From: a virus
Length of the DNA stretch: 64,000 bases
Reading direction: 5' to 3' (one strand)
IMG/VR virus record: IMGVR_UViG_3300032163_000005
Location: 1-64,000 of that record
Part shown: positions 47,719 to 56,506 of the stretch, one piece after another
Position numbering within the stretch: the stretch's first letter is position 1
How the letters are laid out: each line of letters begins with the position of its first letter
The notes under the pieces: generated by a model
Database searches by the model: none
What the model saw: only the letters and a program-made list of their open reading frames with translations
What the model was told of the DNA's origin: nothing
Made by a program: the position numbers and the translations under genes

Positions 47719-48558
47719 TCACTCCGAATCCCGCGGTCCGAATGGATCGCAGGGATCGGGAACGAACGGTTTTTCAGCGTCAATCAAGAGCTGAATGCGC
47801 GGATCAGTGGGTTGTGGGTCTTGGAGCTGAATGAGGTCGTTCGTCTGCGGATCAGCATCCACTGCAACTTCGGCCTGAACGGTGACCGGTAGATAGTTGA
47901 CCAAGCTCACGAGCGTGAACCGCATGTCGAGCGTGAGTCTGGCGCGTCGTCGGTTCAGAACATTGTCCGGTTCATCGAAGAGCTCGCGCTGTTCGAGCGA
48001 GAACGAAACGAGCTGATTGAAGTAGTCGGGCACTCGAAACCGAAGGGCGTAGCTCTGCTCAGATGGTGAGAACGCCGCTTCGAGTCCAGCGAGGATGGCG
48101 CGTCGTTCCGCCTTTTTTGCACACCAAATCTCGATGACGAGATTCTCTATGTACTCGGATTGCCACTGAATTACGGTGCCTTTGGCATAGACATCGCGCG
48201 AGTCTTCTTGCAGGTAAGTGGAGAATCCGATCGTCTCGTACGCAACCGGCACGTTGCCCGAGATGAACGCGATGGATGGGAATCGAAGGTCCGACTCGTT
48301 GTCTGGCCACTCGATGTGGATGTCATCGAGTGGGATCTGAAAGTCGATGGGAGCTCCGCGCTTCTTCGTGGTGCGGTCAACGTCACCTTCACGGAAGAAT
48401 GTGAGCTCGGAGATGTAGCGTGCGAGGATGCGAAGACATGCTGTGCGACCATCGGCCGCGGGTGGGGGCGGATTGGGCTTGGGCGGAAATCCGACAGCTC
48501 CCCAAGGAGTACCTTGAAAGAGCTTCAGAAGGCCGTCTGAGAGCTTGGGGATGCCCAT
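47719..48558 (-). CDS. tail terminator/completion protein
   Basis: FPSIAF..IEIW..ERRAIL; upstream of the sheath. Confidence 0.55.
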   Translation of the reverse strand: MGIPKLSDGLLKLFQGTPWGAVGFPPKPNPPPPAADGRTACLRILARYISELTFFREGDVDRTTKKRGAPIDFQIPLDDIHIEWPDNESDLRFPSIAFISGNVPVAYETIGFSTYLQEDSRDVYAKGTVIQWQSEYIENLVIEIWCAKKAERRAILAGLEAAFSPSEQSYALRFRVPDYFNQLVSFSLEQRELFDEPDNVLNRRRARLTLDMRFTLVSLVNYLPVTVQAEVAVDADPQTNDLIQLQDPQPTDPRIQLLIDAEKPFVPDPCDPFGPRDSE

Positions 48559-49094
48559 TACTTGAAGCTCTTTCCAAGAGCTCGTTGGAGCTCCTTCTTG
48601 AGGTAGCCTTCAAGACCTTGAAGCCCCTGCTCGAGGATCCGAAGCCCGCCTTTGCCACCTGCCGATCCGCGATTGAAGATGCCCTTTTTCCTCATGCTAT
48701 GCGCGATGGCGAATGCAACGCCACGAGCGGCGTCAGTCGCGCGTTTACCCTTACCTCCAACCAACCCCTTTCGCTTGGCCCATTTCGCGAGCGCATCGAT
48801 CATCACGCGACCTGGTTTGACGTTGGCTGCGCGTACGCCGCCCTCGATAAGCGGCGCTTGTACTGACGCGTTGATGATGTCCGCACCTCGTTTGGTAGAC
48901 CGAACACGCCACGCTGCGCGATAGATGCCGCGATCTACAGGTGGAGGTTTTTGCGCGGGGATGAGTCGTACCTGTATGTCTTGAACGATGTGAAGAGCTG
49001 CAGCATGGATGGCAGTGTGTGCGGCTTTCTCAAACCCCTTCGTGATGTGGATTTGAATCTGCCCTGCTTCGTTGCTCTCGAACCGCTTGGACAT
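48558..49094 (-). CDS. neck/tail-completion protein (HK97 gp10-like)
   Basis: PVDRGIYRAAW, A..IEGG, basic composition. Confidence 0.65.
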   Translation of the reverse strand: MSKRFESNEAGQIQIHITKGFEKAAHTAIHAAALHIVQDIQVRLIPAQKPPPVDRGIYRAAWRVRSTKRGADIINASVQAPLIEGGVRAANVKPGRVMIDALAKWAKRKGLVGGKGKRATDAARGVAFAIAHSMRKKGIFNRGSAGGKGGLRILEQGLQGLEGYLKKELQRALGKSFK

Positions 49095-49125
49095 GGTTCA
49101 GAGCATAGCGCGGCATCAATGGGAT

Positions 49126-49770
49126 ATGAGCAAACGAGAATGTCCGGTTTGCCTTCGCATTCGGCGAGCATGCATTTGTCGTTCAACGCGCTGTGAAGAC
49201 TGCAACCTTCCCAACCGTGAGTGTTGGTGCCGTCACTTCGATCCCAACACCAAAATTCTGACATTTGAAGAGTCGGAGAAATTCCCTGCGTTGATCCGAG
49301 ATTTGTCGGTCATTCAGGTTCAACAAATCTCCGATGCTCTCGATCACCATCTCGAGCGCATTCTTGGTCCCGACGTCCGAGGAGCGTGCACCTACGCATA
49401 CGATGTCGATGGCAACATCACGTTGCTTTGCTTGTTCTGGATCCAGTGGACTCAATCAGCTTCATCGGTAGAGAACGAGCGAACACTCTCAGTGACTCCC
49501 AAAGTTTGGCAAGATCGCAAAGAGATCATGCAAAAGGAAGGTGTTTCCTACCAACAATCCGCAGGGATCCCATCCGGTGTGCGTGGGTTTTTCGCGCGAT
49601 CCGTTTTGGGAATCATCGAGAAATTCGATGTCACGAATCTCAAACCAACATCGTTCCAAGAGTTGATCGATCTTCTACACGTCCTATACGACGCTTGCGA
49701 AGAGACCAAATTCATCGGGCACTGGCAGGACTCTGTGTTCTCGATTGAAACTGACTGGCATGAGGTCTAG
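49126..49770 (+). CDS. antisense-oriented accessory protein with Cys-rich N-terminus
   Basis: ATG 49126 (MSKRECPVC...); fills the gap between minus-strand genes. Confidence 0.55.
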   Translation: MSKRECPVCLRIRRACICRSTRCEDCNLPNRECWCRHFDPNTKILTFEESEKFPALIRDLSVIQVQQISDALDHHLERILGPDVRGACTYAYDVDGNITLLCLFWIQWTQSASSVENERTLSVTPKVWQDRKEIMQKEGVSYQQSAGIPSGVRGFFARSVLGIIEKFDVTNLKPTSFQELIDLLHVLYDACEETKFIGHWQDSVFSIETDWHEV

Positions 49771-49919
49771 CGCGGCGGATGGATACTCCGCTCGACGACG
49801 CTCTTCTCACCCGTCTTCGGATCGGTTCGTTGCTCGATGACCACGATGGGTGTCTTCGGCTTTGTCTTGATAAAGGCCGGCCGCCGACCTCGACCCCGAA
49901 TCTCAATCTCACGTCTCAT
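49767..49919 (-). CDS. small basic protein (50 aa, not in ORF track)
   Basis: MRREIEIRGRGRRPAFIK...; ATGA overlap with the upstream gene. Confidence 0.4.
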   Translation of the reverse strand: MRREIEIRGRGRRPAFIKTKPKTPIVVIEQRTDPKTGEKSVVERSIHPPR

Positions 49920-50215
49920 TGATCACCCTTCGGTTGCCACCAATCGGAACAATACGTTGTCGGAGACGCAGGGAGCTCCGCGCCGCCATTCCACTGTTGG
50001 AAGTTGGGCTCGTTACACGTTCCCTGTTCCCCATCAATCGCCACGAACCGACAATTGGAACATGACGATCCGCCTTCTGGGACGTTCATTCCGGGAAGGT
50101 GCCCTGCGGGAAGTGTGGCGGTTCCAAGGTTGACATCTTGTGCCAAAGGAAGACGCGCCTTTGAGTCTTGTGGTCCGCCCACCACCGACGACGCCCATTG
50201 CCGAATATCAGGCAT
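49916..50215 (-). CDS. small Cys4 (HiPIP-like pattern) protein with N-terminal IRQWA
   Basis: CSNCRF...GTC...YCSDWW. Confidence 0.5.
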   Translation of the reverse strand: MPDIRQWASSVVGGPQDSKARLPLAQDVNLGTATLPAGHLPGMNVPEGGSSCSNCRFVAIDGEQGTCNEPNFQQWNGGAELPASPTTYCSDWWQPKGDQ

Positions 50216-50639
50216 TGCTCACGCTTTCATCGTACTGCCGTCGATGCATCCCATCCCACGGGCCATTCGATGTTGGGGTGTTGGCAACATACGCCGGAAC
50301 AGACAATCCTTCACGTTGATACGCGAGTGCTCGATGATGCCCATCCACTACCGTCACTGTTTTCGCGTTCGGCTTCTGAATGAGGATGATCGGCTTTCTC
50401 CAACCATTCCGAATCTTCATCTGAAACGACTCGACACGCGATGGTTCTTTGGTCGCTGTCCAACTCTCGCGATCGGAGAAGTCGATGTCCGAAAGAGGCA
50501 CGTTCGTTGGCCCTTTCCACGGCACCGATCGCACCCATGAGCGAGCTTCGGGCGGATAGTCTTCAGCCAGCTCGACATAGAGCTTCTCACCAATCGCGTT
50601 GGTCTTGGCCGTTGCCCACTTTTTCAGATCAGATGCCAT
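50208..50639 (-). CDS. ParB/Srx N-terminal-domain protein with N-terminal LKKWA
   Basis: PIILI...VVDGHHRALAY; no HTH; ATG 50639. Confidence 0.7.
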   Translation of the reverse strand: MASDLKKWATAKTNAIGEKLYVELAEDYPPEARSWVRSVPWKGPTNVPLSDIDFSDRESWTATKEPSRVESFQMKIRNGWRKPIILIQKPNAKTVTVVDGHHRALAYQREGLSVPAYVANTPTSNGPWDGMHRRQYDESVSNA

Positions 50640-51303
50640 CACGCGATTCACTACTCAGATGCCCATCACGTTGCCGATCTTCACTCATGCGTTCGAGCGT
50701 GATCATCCATTGAAACTTCCCTGGATCACGAAATGGCGATGAGAGAAGTCGGAACCGCTTGCGCGTTGAGTTGGGTCTGTCTTCGACAATCTCGTAGAAG
50801 AATTCGAAGGGCTCTTCCACGCGATCACGAACGCGCACGAATGGCTGCCCAATCATCTCCGAGCTCGTTCGCGCCAGTATGTCGGGTGGGAGTGCTTGCC
50901 CCGCGCCGATGTGCGGAGCTCCGCAAGCATCGAGATAGGGCTGTGGGGGTATCTGCTTGCCCATCAGAACGTCTTCCGTAAGCTGCCCAGTGATTTCCTC
51001 AACCCGGACGCTTCCGACTGGCAGAAGGCCTGCTGAGTAGGCTGAGAGGCTCACGCTGGTCAGATCGATGACCTTGGGCCTTGGGAGAATGGGAACTTGA
51101 GCAAGGATGGTTTCGTGGCCTTCCCCTCGCTCGAGTCCGCCCCATCGCGTCCAAACGAGAAGAACGACGTAATTCCTCAGACCGAAGCTCGTGAAGCGTT
51201 GACGAAGCTTGTCGACGGTTGGTTGCAGCCTCTCAACAAGCGGAGGACCGCACGCGCCACGTGTGGCGATGCAAGTCGTACAAATGCCGCATGCGCAAGC
51301 CAC
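50629..51303 (-). CDS. head closure/head-tail joining protein
   Basis: Position plus a W.I.LER C-terminal strand. Confidence 0.45.
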   Translation of the reverse strand: MACACGICTTCIATRGACGPPLVERLQPTVDKLRQRFTSFGLRNYVVLLVWTRWGGLERGEGHETILAQVPILPRPKVIDLTSVSLSAYSAGLLPVGSVRVEEITGQLTEDVLMGKQIPPQPYLDACGAPHIGAGQALPPDILARTSSEMIGQPFVRVRDRVEEPFEFFYEIVEDRPNSTRKRFRLLSSPFRDPGKFQWMITLERMSEDRQRDGHLSSESRDGI

Positions 51304-51573
51304 TTAGAACTTCTCCGGACCTTCGTGACTTGGTGGCCCTGACTTCGACCACAATCGCTGGAATGAAACGGGAACCGATGTTTTTTTGGACTTCGGATTT
51401 GCTCGTGGACGTGTGTGATCGATTTCGATTTGCGTTCCCGACATCCCGCCGTTTTTTTGAACCGACTCAACGTGAAAATAGATGTCCTTGTCGCTGAAAG
51501 ATTGGATGTACCACTCTCCAACCTGCATCGATCCGCCGCTCTGCGCAGCCGCCCATTGTTTGATCGCTGCCAT
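51304..51573 (-). CDS. small beta-rich protein with N-terminal IKQWA
   Basis: 89 aa, coupled ORF. Confidence 0.5.
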   Translation of the reverse strand: MAAIKQWAAAQSGGSMQVGEWYIQSFSDKDIYFHVESVQKNGGMSGTQIEIDHTRPRANPKSKKTSVPVSFQRLWSKSGPPSHEGPEKF

Positions 51574-51575
51574 GC

Positions 51576-51776
51576 CTAAGCCGCTTTCTTCCGACGTTCA
51601 GCCCACTGCTTCGCACGTTTGGCGGGCACGAGCCCATCATCAGCCATCTCGAGGTCGTGTGCCGCTTCTTCTCCCCCGGTCTCTTCACGTTTGGAAGCAG
51701 GCTTTCTGGACGTCCAAATGGCGTGCTTCTCATCAAGTTTTTTGATGGCCTCTGCCCACTTCTTGATCGGAAGCAT
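51576..51776 (-). CDS. small protein with KxWA at both ends
   Basis: MLPIKKWAE...AKQWAERRK. Confidence 0.5.
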   Translation of the reverse strand: MLPIKKWAEAIKKLDEKHAIWTSRKPASKREETGGEEAAHDLEMADDGLVPAKRAKQWAERRKKAA

Positions 51777-51779
51777 GCA

Positions 51780-52067
51780 TCACTTACAGGAAGAATCTGC
51801 CCCAGCATCGCGCATTGCGTTTGCCTTGGCCATTCCCTTCTTCTGAGCTGAAACGAGATCTCGCACGAGCGGCCAAAGATCGTCTGCGAACCCGCACACC
51901 TTTTGAAGCTCCACGCCTTCGATGGTGGGGTTCTCTGCGATGCACTCAGCGAGAAGCTTCTTCACCACGACATCCGTGATGGCTTTGGCTTCCGGCGAGC
52001 ATGCGGCATTGCCGATACTCCACCCCATCACCAGACCCAAAATCGCCAAGCACCAAAATCGTTTCAT
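51780..52067 (-). CDS. small lipoprotein
   Basis: MKR + hydrophobic stretch + NAAC lipobox-like Cys. Confidence 0.55.
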   Translation of the reverse strand: MKRFWCLAILGLVMGWSIGNAACSPEAKAITDVVVKKLLAECIAENPTIEGVELQKVCGFADDLWPLVRDLVSAQKKGMAKANAMRDAGADSSCK

Positions 52068-52071
52068 CGCA

Positions 52072-52491
52072 TCACCCCGCTACAGGCACGTTGATCCCAC
52101 CATCGGCCGACAGAACCCATGCCCTCTTGTCCCACGGATTGCGAACGATGCCTAAGAGGTTCTCGAGCATGCCCAATCCGATGGAATAATACTGTGCGAG
52201 CTCGCGAAGCCGTTTTCGATTGATCGTGATGGTGTCGAGCACTTCAACGTCCGCGAGATCAGATCCGCAGAAGACTTGGTTCTCAATCGCATCAAGCCGA
52301 CAGAGGATCTGGCGAAACTTCTCAATCGCACCCGGTGTGCTCATGATGCGATCAAGCGCGCCTTCGATCATGAATGACGTCTGCATCGCCGCAGGAACGC
52401 CAAGCTGAAACGTCATCACGCTTTCCACGTTATGATAACCCAAATGGTGGCGTGCTCGGACTTTCTCCTCAGGGGTGACGACGGCCGGCAT
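52072..52491 (-). CDS. head-tail adaptor/connector
   Basis: EEKVRARHHLGY N-terminus, helical, downstream of the capsid gene. Confidence 0.55.
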   Translation of the reverse strand: MPAVVTPEEKVRARHHLGYHNVESVMTFQLGVPAAMQTSFMIEGALDRIMSTPGAIEKFRQILCRLDAIENQVFCGSDLADVEVLDTITINRKRLRELAQYYSIGLGMLENLLGIVRNPWDKRAWVLSADGGINVPVAG

Positions 52492-52685
52492 TACGAGCTC
52501 TCTTTCACCATTGTGCGACCACCAAGCGAGACATCAAGACTGATGTGATTGATGGATGCACGCAAGAGAATGCGCCGATCGATGACGAGTTGATCTCCTT
52601 CGAGATGAAAATGATCCGTCACGCGCACGAAGTCATCTTCAGGCGTTCCGTAATGCGTGATCTTCTCGAAAGGAAATACCATCAC
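52491..52685 (-). CDS. hypothetical protein
   Basis: 64 aa, coupled ORF. Confidence 0.35.
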   Translation of the reverse strand: MMVFPFEKITHYGTPEDDFVRVTDHFHLEGDQLVIDRRILLRASINHISLDVSLGGRTMVKESS

Positions 52686-53005
52686 CCGCTCAAGATCTCT
52701 TCGAGATGGATGCCCTGTTGTTTGAGCGCGGCAAGATCGTGCGTGGCCTCTGAGACGCGCGACCCAACGCGGATCTGTACGGGCATCCCGCTCTGAACGA
52801 AGCGCCCTCCATTGGTCACACGAAAGACCTTGGGACGCGGGAGCTTTGCGAGCTCTTCAGGATCGGGTGGTTGGAACTGCGCCGCGAGATGCGATGCCGG
52901 CTTGTTGGCTTCGGGTTCTACACCTGGCGCGCCACCGGGCATTGATGGAGCGTTCTCTTGCGACTCTTCCGCGACTTCGACTTGTGTTGGGACTCGGCGT
53001 GCCAT
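52682..53005 (-). CDS. hypothetical virion-region protein (MARRV N-terminus)
   Basis: AAGGA RBS; first gene after the capsid terminator. Confidence 0.55.
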   Translation of the reverse strand: MARRVPTQVEVAEESQENAPSMPGGAPGVEPEANKPASHLAAQFQPPDPEELAKLPRPKVFRVTNGGRFVQSGMPVQIRVGSRVSEATHDLAALKQQGIHLEEILSG

Positions 53006-53032
53006 TCCTTCACCTCACGAGGAATGTACTCC

Positions 53033-53075
53033 AAAAAAACGAAGGGTGCTCACCCGTGGAGATGAACACCCGTCG
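53033..53075 (-). terminator. rho-independent terminator after the major capsid gene
   Basis: CGACGGGTGTTCATC...GGTGAGCACCCTTCG followed by T7 on the minus strand. Confidence 0.75.
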
Positions 53076-53129
53076 CCCACCTGAACGCGCAACCCAAGGA
53101 GGAGTGCTTGGCTTACGCGTGAGAGTCTA

Positions 53130-54551
53130 CTACGCCGCGAATTCGAGCACCACTGCGCGACGGAATTGCTCCACTCCGTTTGGCGCAAGGATGTCCGAAG
53201 GCACAGGGAAGCTCGTGGAAGCGGTCCACGCGAGACCGACCTTCTGCTGCGCGCGATCGATCGGCGCACGGATGATGAGACGGATCCGTTCGGTCAAGAT
53301 CTGAATGCCGTTGTTCACGACGGTGAATTCACCAATCTTGCCCGTGACGCCCGCCTCGCTCATGAACGCCTTTTGCTCATCGAGCCAGCGTTCATAGATC
53401 GAGCCACGCCCCGTGATGACGACGCGACCAACGTTGATGCCGTTGCCATTGACGACTTCGGCTCCGAGCTCGCGCGCGTACCGCCCGATCGCACCTACGG
53501 GAGCTCCCGTTGCAGCAGATGTGTCGATGAGCTGTCCACTGTTGAGGAGCGCTGGGCTTTCCGTGTTCATGAAGAACATGACGCCAGAGAGCGTGCCGAT
53601 AAAGCCTTCCTTGTAGATGACGTGCTCAGGCAAGCTCTGATTGAGGCGCTGGAACACGGGATCTGCGAAGACTTGCGCATTCGCCAGTGGCGAGATGTGC
53701 GCGTGGTAGAAGCCGTCCTCATGCGGCGGAACCGACGCGTTGCGAAGGAACGCAACGGCGTTGATGGCTTGCTGCAAGACGAATGTGTCTGCAGGACCGA
53801 TGGCATCGATCGAATCGCCGCCCGATGCACGAACGATCCGAGGCGCCACGAGAGTTTTGATTGGCGTCCGCGTTGCAGCGAATGCCGTGCCGAGTGCCGC
53901 GCTGAGAAGCAATGTTCCTGGCCCATCGAGGTCCGCAGGATCCGCGGGAATGGTACCAATGACGTTCGCAGCCACGGCGCCGACACCAGTGCCCACTCGA
54001 ATCGCGAGCGGTGACGTGGTGCTGACGGGGGTTGGACGTGCGCTGACTGTTGGATTCAGGACGAACCGGAACCCGTTGAGCGCAGCCACCTGAATGGTAG
54101 TCGCTCCCGCAAGGAGCGCCGTGTTCGCGACGGTCTGTCCTGAGAGGTAGTTCTTGAAGAGCGCGTTTCGTGCAACACGGTTCATTGTCTGACCTGCATT
54201 CAGGCCCAACGTGTGAATCTTGCGCATGAAGAGCGATGCGTTCGCTGTTGCGCTCGTTGGCATGTCGACGTCATCCGCCGATCCAAACTGATTGAGCTCC
54301 GCCGACCATTGCTCGTTGTAGGAGCTCTGGGGTGTGAGGTCCGCACCTGGTGTGAGTGGACTAACGGCGGGCGCGAGAAGTCCGGTTCGGGTCATGAAGA
54401 CCTCATTACCGGTGTTCATCGGCCACTCTTCCGGCGCTGCTTCCGCGCGGAACGCGAGGTTCGGATAGAGCGAATCGTGGAACGCCCTCTCGATGAGACC
54501 GCGCTGGTTCAGATCGAGGATGGCAGGTGGAATGCCGAGAAAAAGAGACAT
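53130..54551 (-). CDS. major capsid protein
   Basis: 473 aa after the scaffold; GFYHAHISP, G.IGTLSGV.F; GGAGG RBS; followed by a terminator. Confidence 0.82.
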   Translation of the reverse strand: MSLFLGIPPAILDLNQRGLIERAFHDSLYPNLAFRAEAAPEEWPMNTGNEVFMTRTGLLAPAVSPLTPGADLTPQSSYNEQWSAELNQFGSADDVDMPTSATANASLFMRKIHTLGLNAGQTMNRVARNALFKNYLSGQTVANTALLAGATTIQVAALNGFRFVLNPTVSARPTPVSTTSPLAIRVGTGVGAVAANVIGTIPADPADLDGPGTLLLSAALGTAFAATRTPIKTLVAPRIVRASGGDSIDAIGPADTFVLQQAINAVAFLRNASVPPHEDGFYHAHISPLANAQVFADPVFQRLNQSLPEHVIYKEGFIGTLSGVMFFMNTESPALLNSGQLIDTSAATGAPVGAIGRYARELGAEVVNGNGINVGRVVITGRGSIYERWLDEQKAFMSEAGVTGKIGEFTVVNNGIQILTERIRLIIRAPIDRAQQKVGLAWTASTSFPVPSDILAPNGVEQFRRAVVLEFAA

Positions 54552-54731
54552 GTGGATGACCTCCGAGAGTGAAGTGGTCTCCGAGCGACCAAGCTCGGGT
54601 CTTCCTTCACGTTCGCGTCACCCCGTTCCACCTTCTTACCGTGAGGCGTGCCTACGTATTTGGGGTTGTTCGACCGTTTAGCTGACAATCCGGAAGTTAC
54701 ACTCACTTCCGCGTATCGCGCAAACGATCGA

Positions 54732-55643
54732 TTAGAAATTCCAACCGTTCTGCCTCTTGAAGTCACGCCATTCCTTGTCGTTGACGCTTCCCGCCTGTCC
54801 CGGCGCGAATGTCTTCGGCGCTGCAATCCCCGCAGGATTCACATTTTGCGGACGCTGAATGTTCGCACCATTCGTCAATGGTTGTCCTGGAATGGGTACT
54901 GCGGGAGTGGGTGCTACAACCGGCCCAGCGCCGCCAATGGCAGATCCGCCCGTTGATGGAATGGCCAACGCTCCATCTTCCGCAACCGCGCGCTGACACC
55001 ACGCTTGAACCACGGCATCTGGATCAGCGAGCTCTGCATCTGAGAGTCCTGAGATGTACTCTGCAAGATTCTTGAGCTCGTGCTTCATGTACCGCGGGTT
55101 GATGTGTTGCGCGACGATCGCAACGACATGGTGGTCTTGCTCGGCCACTACACGTTCGGTTTGCACCTGTTCCGCGCGCGTCTCTGCTTCGACCGCACGA
55201 CGTTCAGCCGCCGCAAGTTGTTCGGTGAGTCGCTGCGTTTCCGTGAGGTCAGCGAGTCGTCTCTCTTCTCGCTCCGCGCGCATGACACGAAGCTCATCGA
55301 GGTCCGCTCGAATCTGATCAACGTTGTCCGTTCCGAATCGCTCGCGAAGTTGTTTTTTCGCGTATCGATCGAGCCGTCCTTTGAGAGCTGTTGGCGGGAG
55401 CTCGATGAGATCGGCGTCGTTGGGGATGTCGTCAGCATCACCAATTAGCTTGCGCGTTGGGACTCGCCCCGCGGGAGCTGGAATGGGAACGGGGATGGCG
55501 GGCTGGGCTGGCGCAGCAACGGGAGGAGAGACGGGAGGTGGTTGCTGCGCTTGCTGTTGAACGGGCGGGGTTGGCGCCTGTTGTGGTGTGCTCGCGCCAC
55601 CAGGGGGCTGTTGCCCCACTCCCGTATCTCCTTGCATCGACAT
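54732..55643 (-). CDS. capsid scaffolding protein
   Basis: P/Q-rich ends, central coiled coil, directly upstream of the capsid gene. Confidence 0.7.
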   Translation of the reverse strand: MSMQGDTGVGQQPPGGASTPQQAPTPPVQQQAQQPPPVSPPVAAPAQPAIPVPIPAPAGRVPTRKLIGDADDIPNDADLIELPPTALKGRLDRYAKKQLRERFGTDNVDQIRADLDELRVMRAEREERRLADLTETQRLTEQLAAAERRAVEAETRAEQVQTERVVAEQDHHVVAIVAQHINPRYMKHELKNLAEYISGLSDAELADPDAVVQAWCQRAVAEDGALAIPSTGGSAIGGAGPVVAPTPAVPIPGQPLTNGANIQRPQNVNPAGIAAPKTFAPGQAGSVNDKEWRDFKRQNGWNF

Positions 55644-55667
55644 GGTTCTCTCCCTCGACTGATTTTG

Positions 55668-55695
55668 AGTTTAGACAGATCGATCTGTCTAAACT
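55668..55695. repeat. perfect palindrome, copy 4 (28 bp here)
   Basis: AGTTTAGACAGATCGATCTGTCTAAACT followed by TGTAACT; intergenic, upstream of the scaffold gene. Confidence 0.9.
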
Positions 55696-55719
55696 TGTAA
55701 CTTCTTGATTTTGCGTGGA

Positions 55720-56406
55720 TTACTGTGTGCCGGAATCGCCTGTGAGGAGCGCATCCACGTCCGTTGTGGGCACCGTTGAGAACTTCACACGTGCTTGCGT
55801 GACTGCATCTGCAGCCGCGAAAGTCACCGTCGACTTGTCCAGGTTGAGACGCGCTTGTCCCGCCGCGGGAGCTCCTGCACCCGGAACGAGAACGATCTTC
55901 TTGCCGACCGACGTGCCGATCGTCGCCTCGACTTCGAGAAGATTGATGACACCCTGCCCCGTGAACTGCGAAGGGAGCGTGAGGACGTTGGCGGCAACCG
56001 CGAGAGTTGTCTCCTGAATGTCCTGCTTCTCGGGCTGGTAGACAACATCGACGCTCGTGATGGCATCCGCGGCCAACGTAACGATGTCGCCATTGGGGCC
56101 GACTGCGATCTGTCCCGTTGCTGGCGTGGTGCCGTATGCGACCACGGCAAGCTCTCCCTGCCCCGCCGTCGCTGTCCGAGCGTACGCGCGATGAATGTTG
56201 TGAGCTTTCGCGTCATCCGGAAGAACGAGCGCGAGAAGCGTTGCGAGACTGTACGAGCTCGCCACAGGGGTCTTCTTGCGAAGGAATGTTGTGCCTGCAC
56301 GCAACACAGAGCCAACCTTGATCGTCCGGAATTTGTCCGGAAGTGTGTTGGGGTTGGCGTTGTCGAGTGTCGACTTGAGAGAAGTTGCGCTGATTCCAAT
56401 GGTCAT
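55720..56406 (-). CDS. virion structural protein (possible head decoration)
   Basis: A/T/V/G-rich beta protein; GGAGG RBS. Confidence 0.5.
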   Translation of the reverse strand: MTIGISATSLKSTLDNANPNTLPDKFRTIKVGSVLRAGTTFLRKKTPVASSYSLATLLALVLPDDAKAHNIHRAYARTATAGQGELAVVAYGTTPATGQIAVGPNGDIVTLAADAITSVDVVYQPEKQDIQETTLAVAANVLTLPSQFTGQGVINLLEVEATIGTSVGKKIVLVPGAGAPAAGQARLNLDKSTVTFAAADAVTQARVKFSTVPTTDVDALLTGDSGTQ

Positions 56407-56506
56407 GTGACGGTCCTCCGCGTGAACGAGAGAGGGATATCACCCGACGCGAGGATCGGGCTAGTGATGTCTAGCCGAGAGATGAAGCCCTCTCACTAGC
56501 TTTGAT

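Noticed and set aside
48558-49094. Internal LAKWAKRKG as a KxWA tag (also LGDWAQ in 25190-25732)
   Set aside because: Both are internal and deviate from [LI][KR]xWA; the first is a common feature of neck proteins. Neither was counted.
50208-50639. ParB protein as the partner of the palindromes in a ParABS system
   Set aside because: Only the ParB/Srx catalytic-type domain is present, with no HTH, and no parA is in the window.
16440-55695. Palindrome as a protelomerase (telRL) or dif site
   Set aside because: There are four short copies, one inside an essential CDS. No protelomerase or tyrosine recombinase is seen, and it lacks XerC/XerD arm asymmetry.
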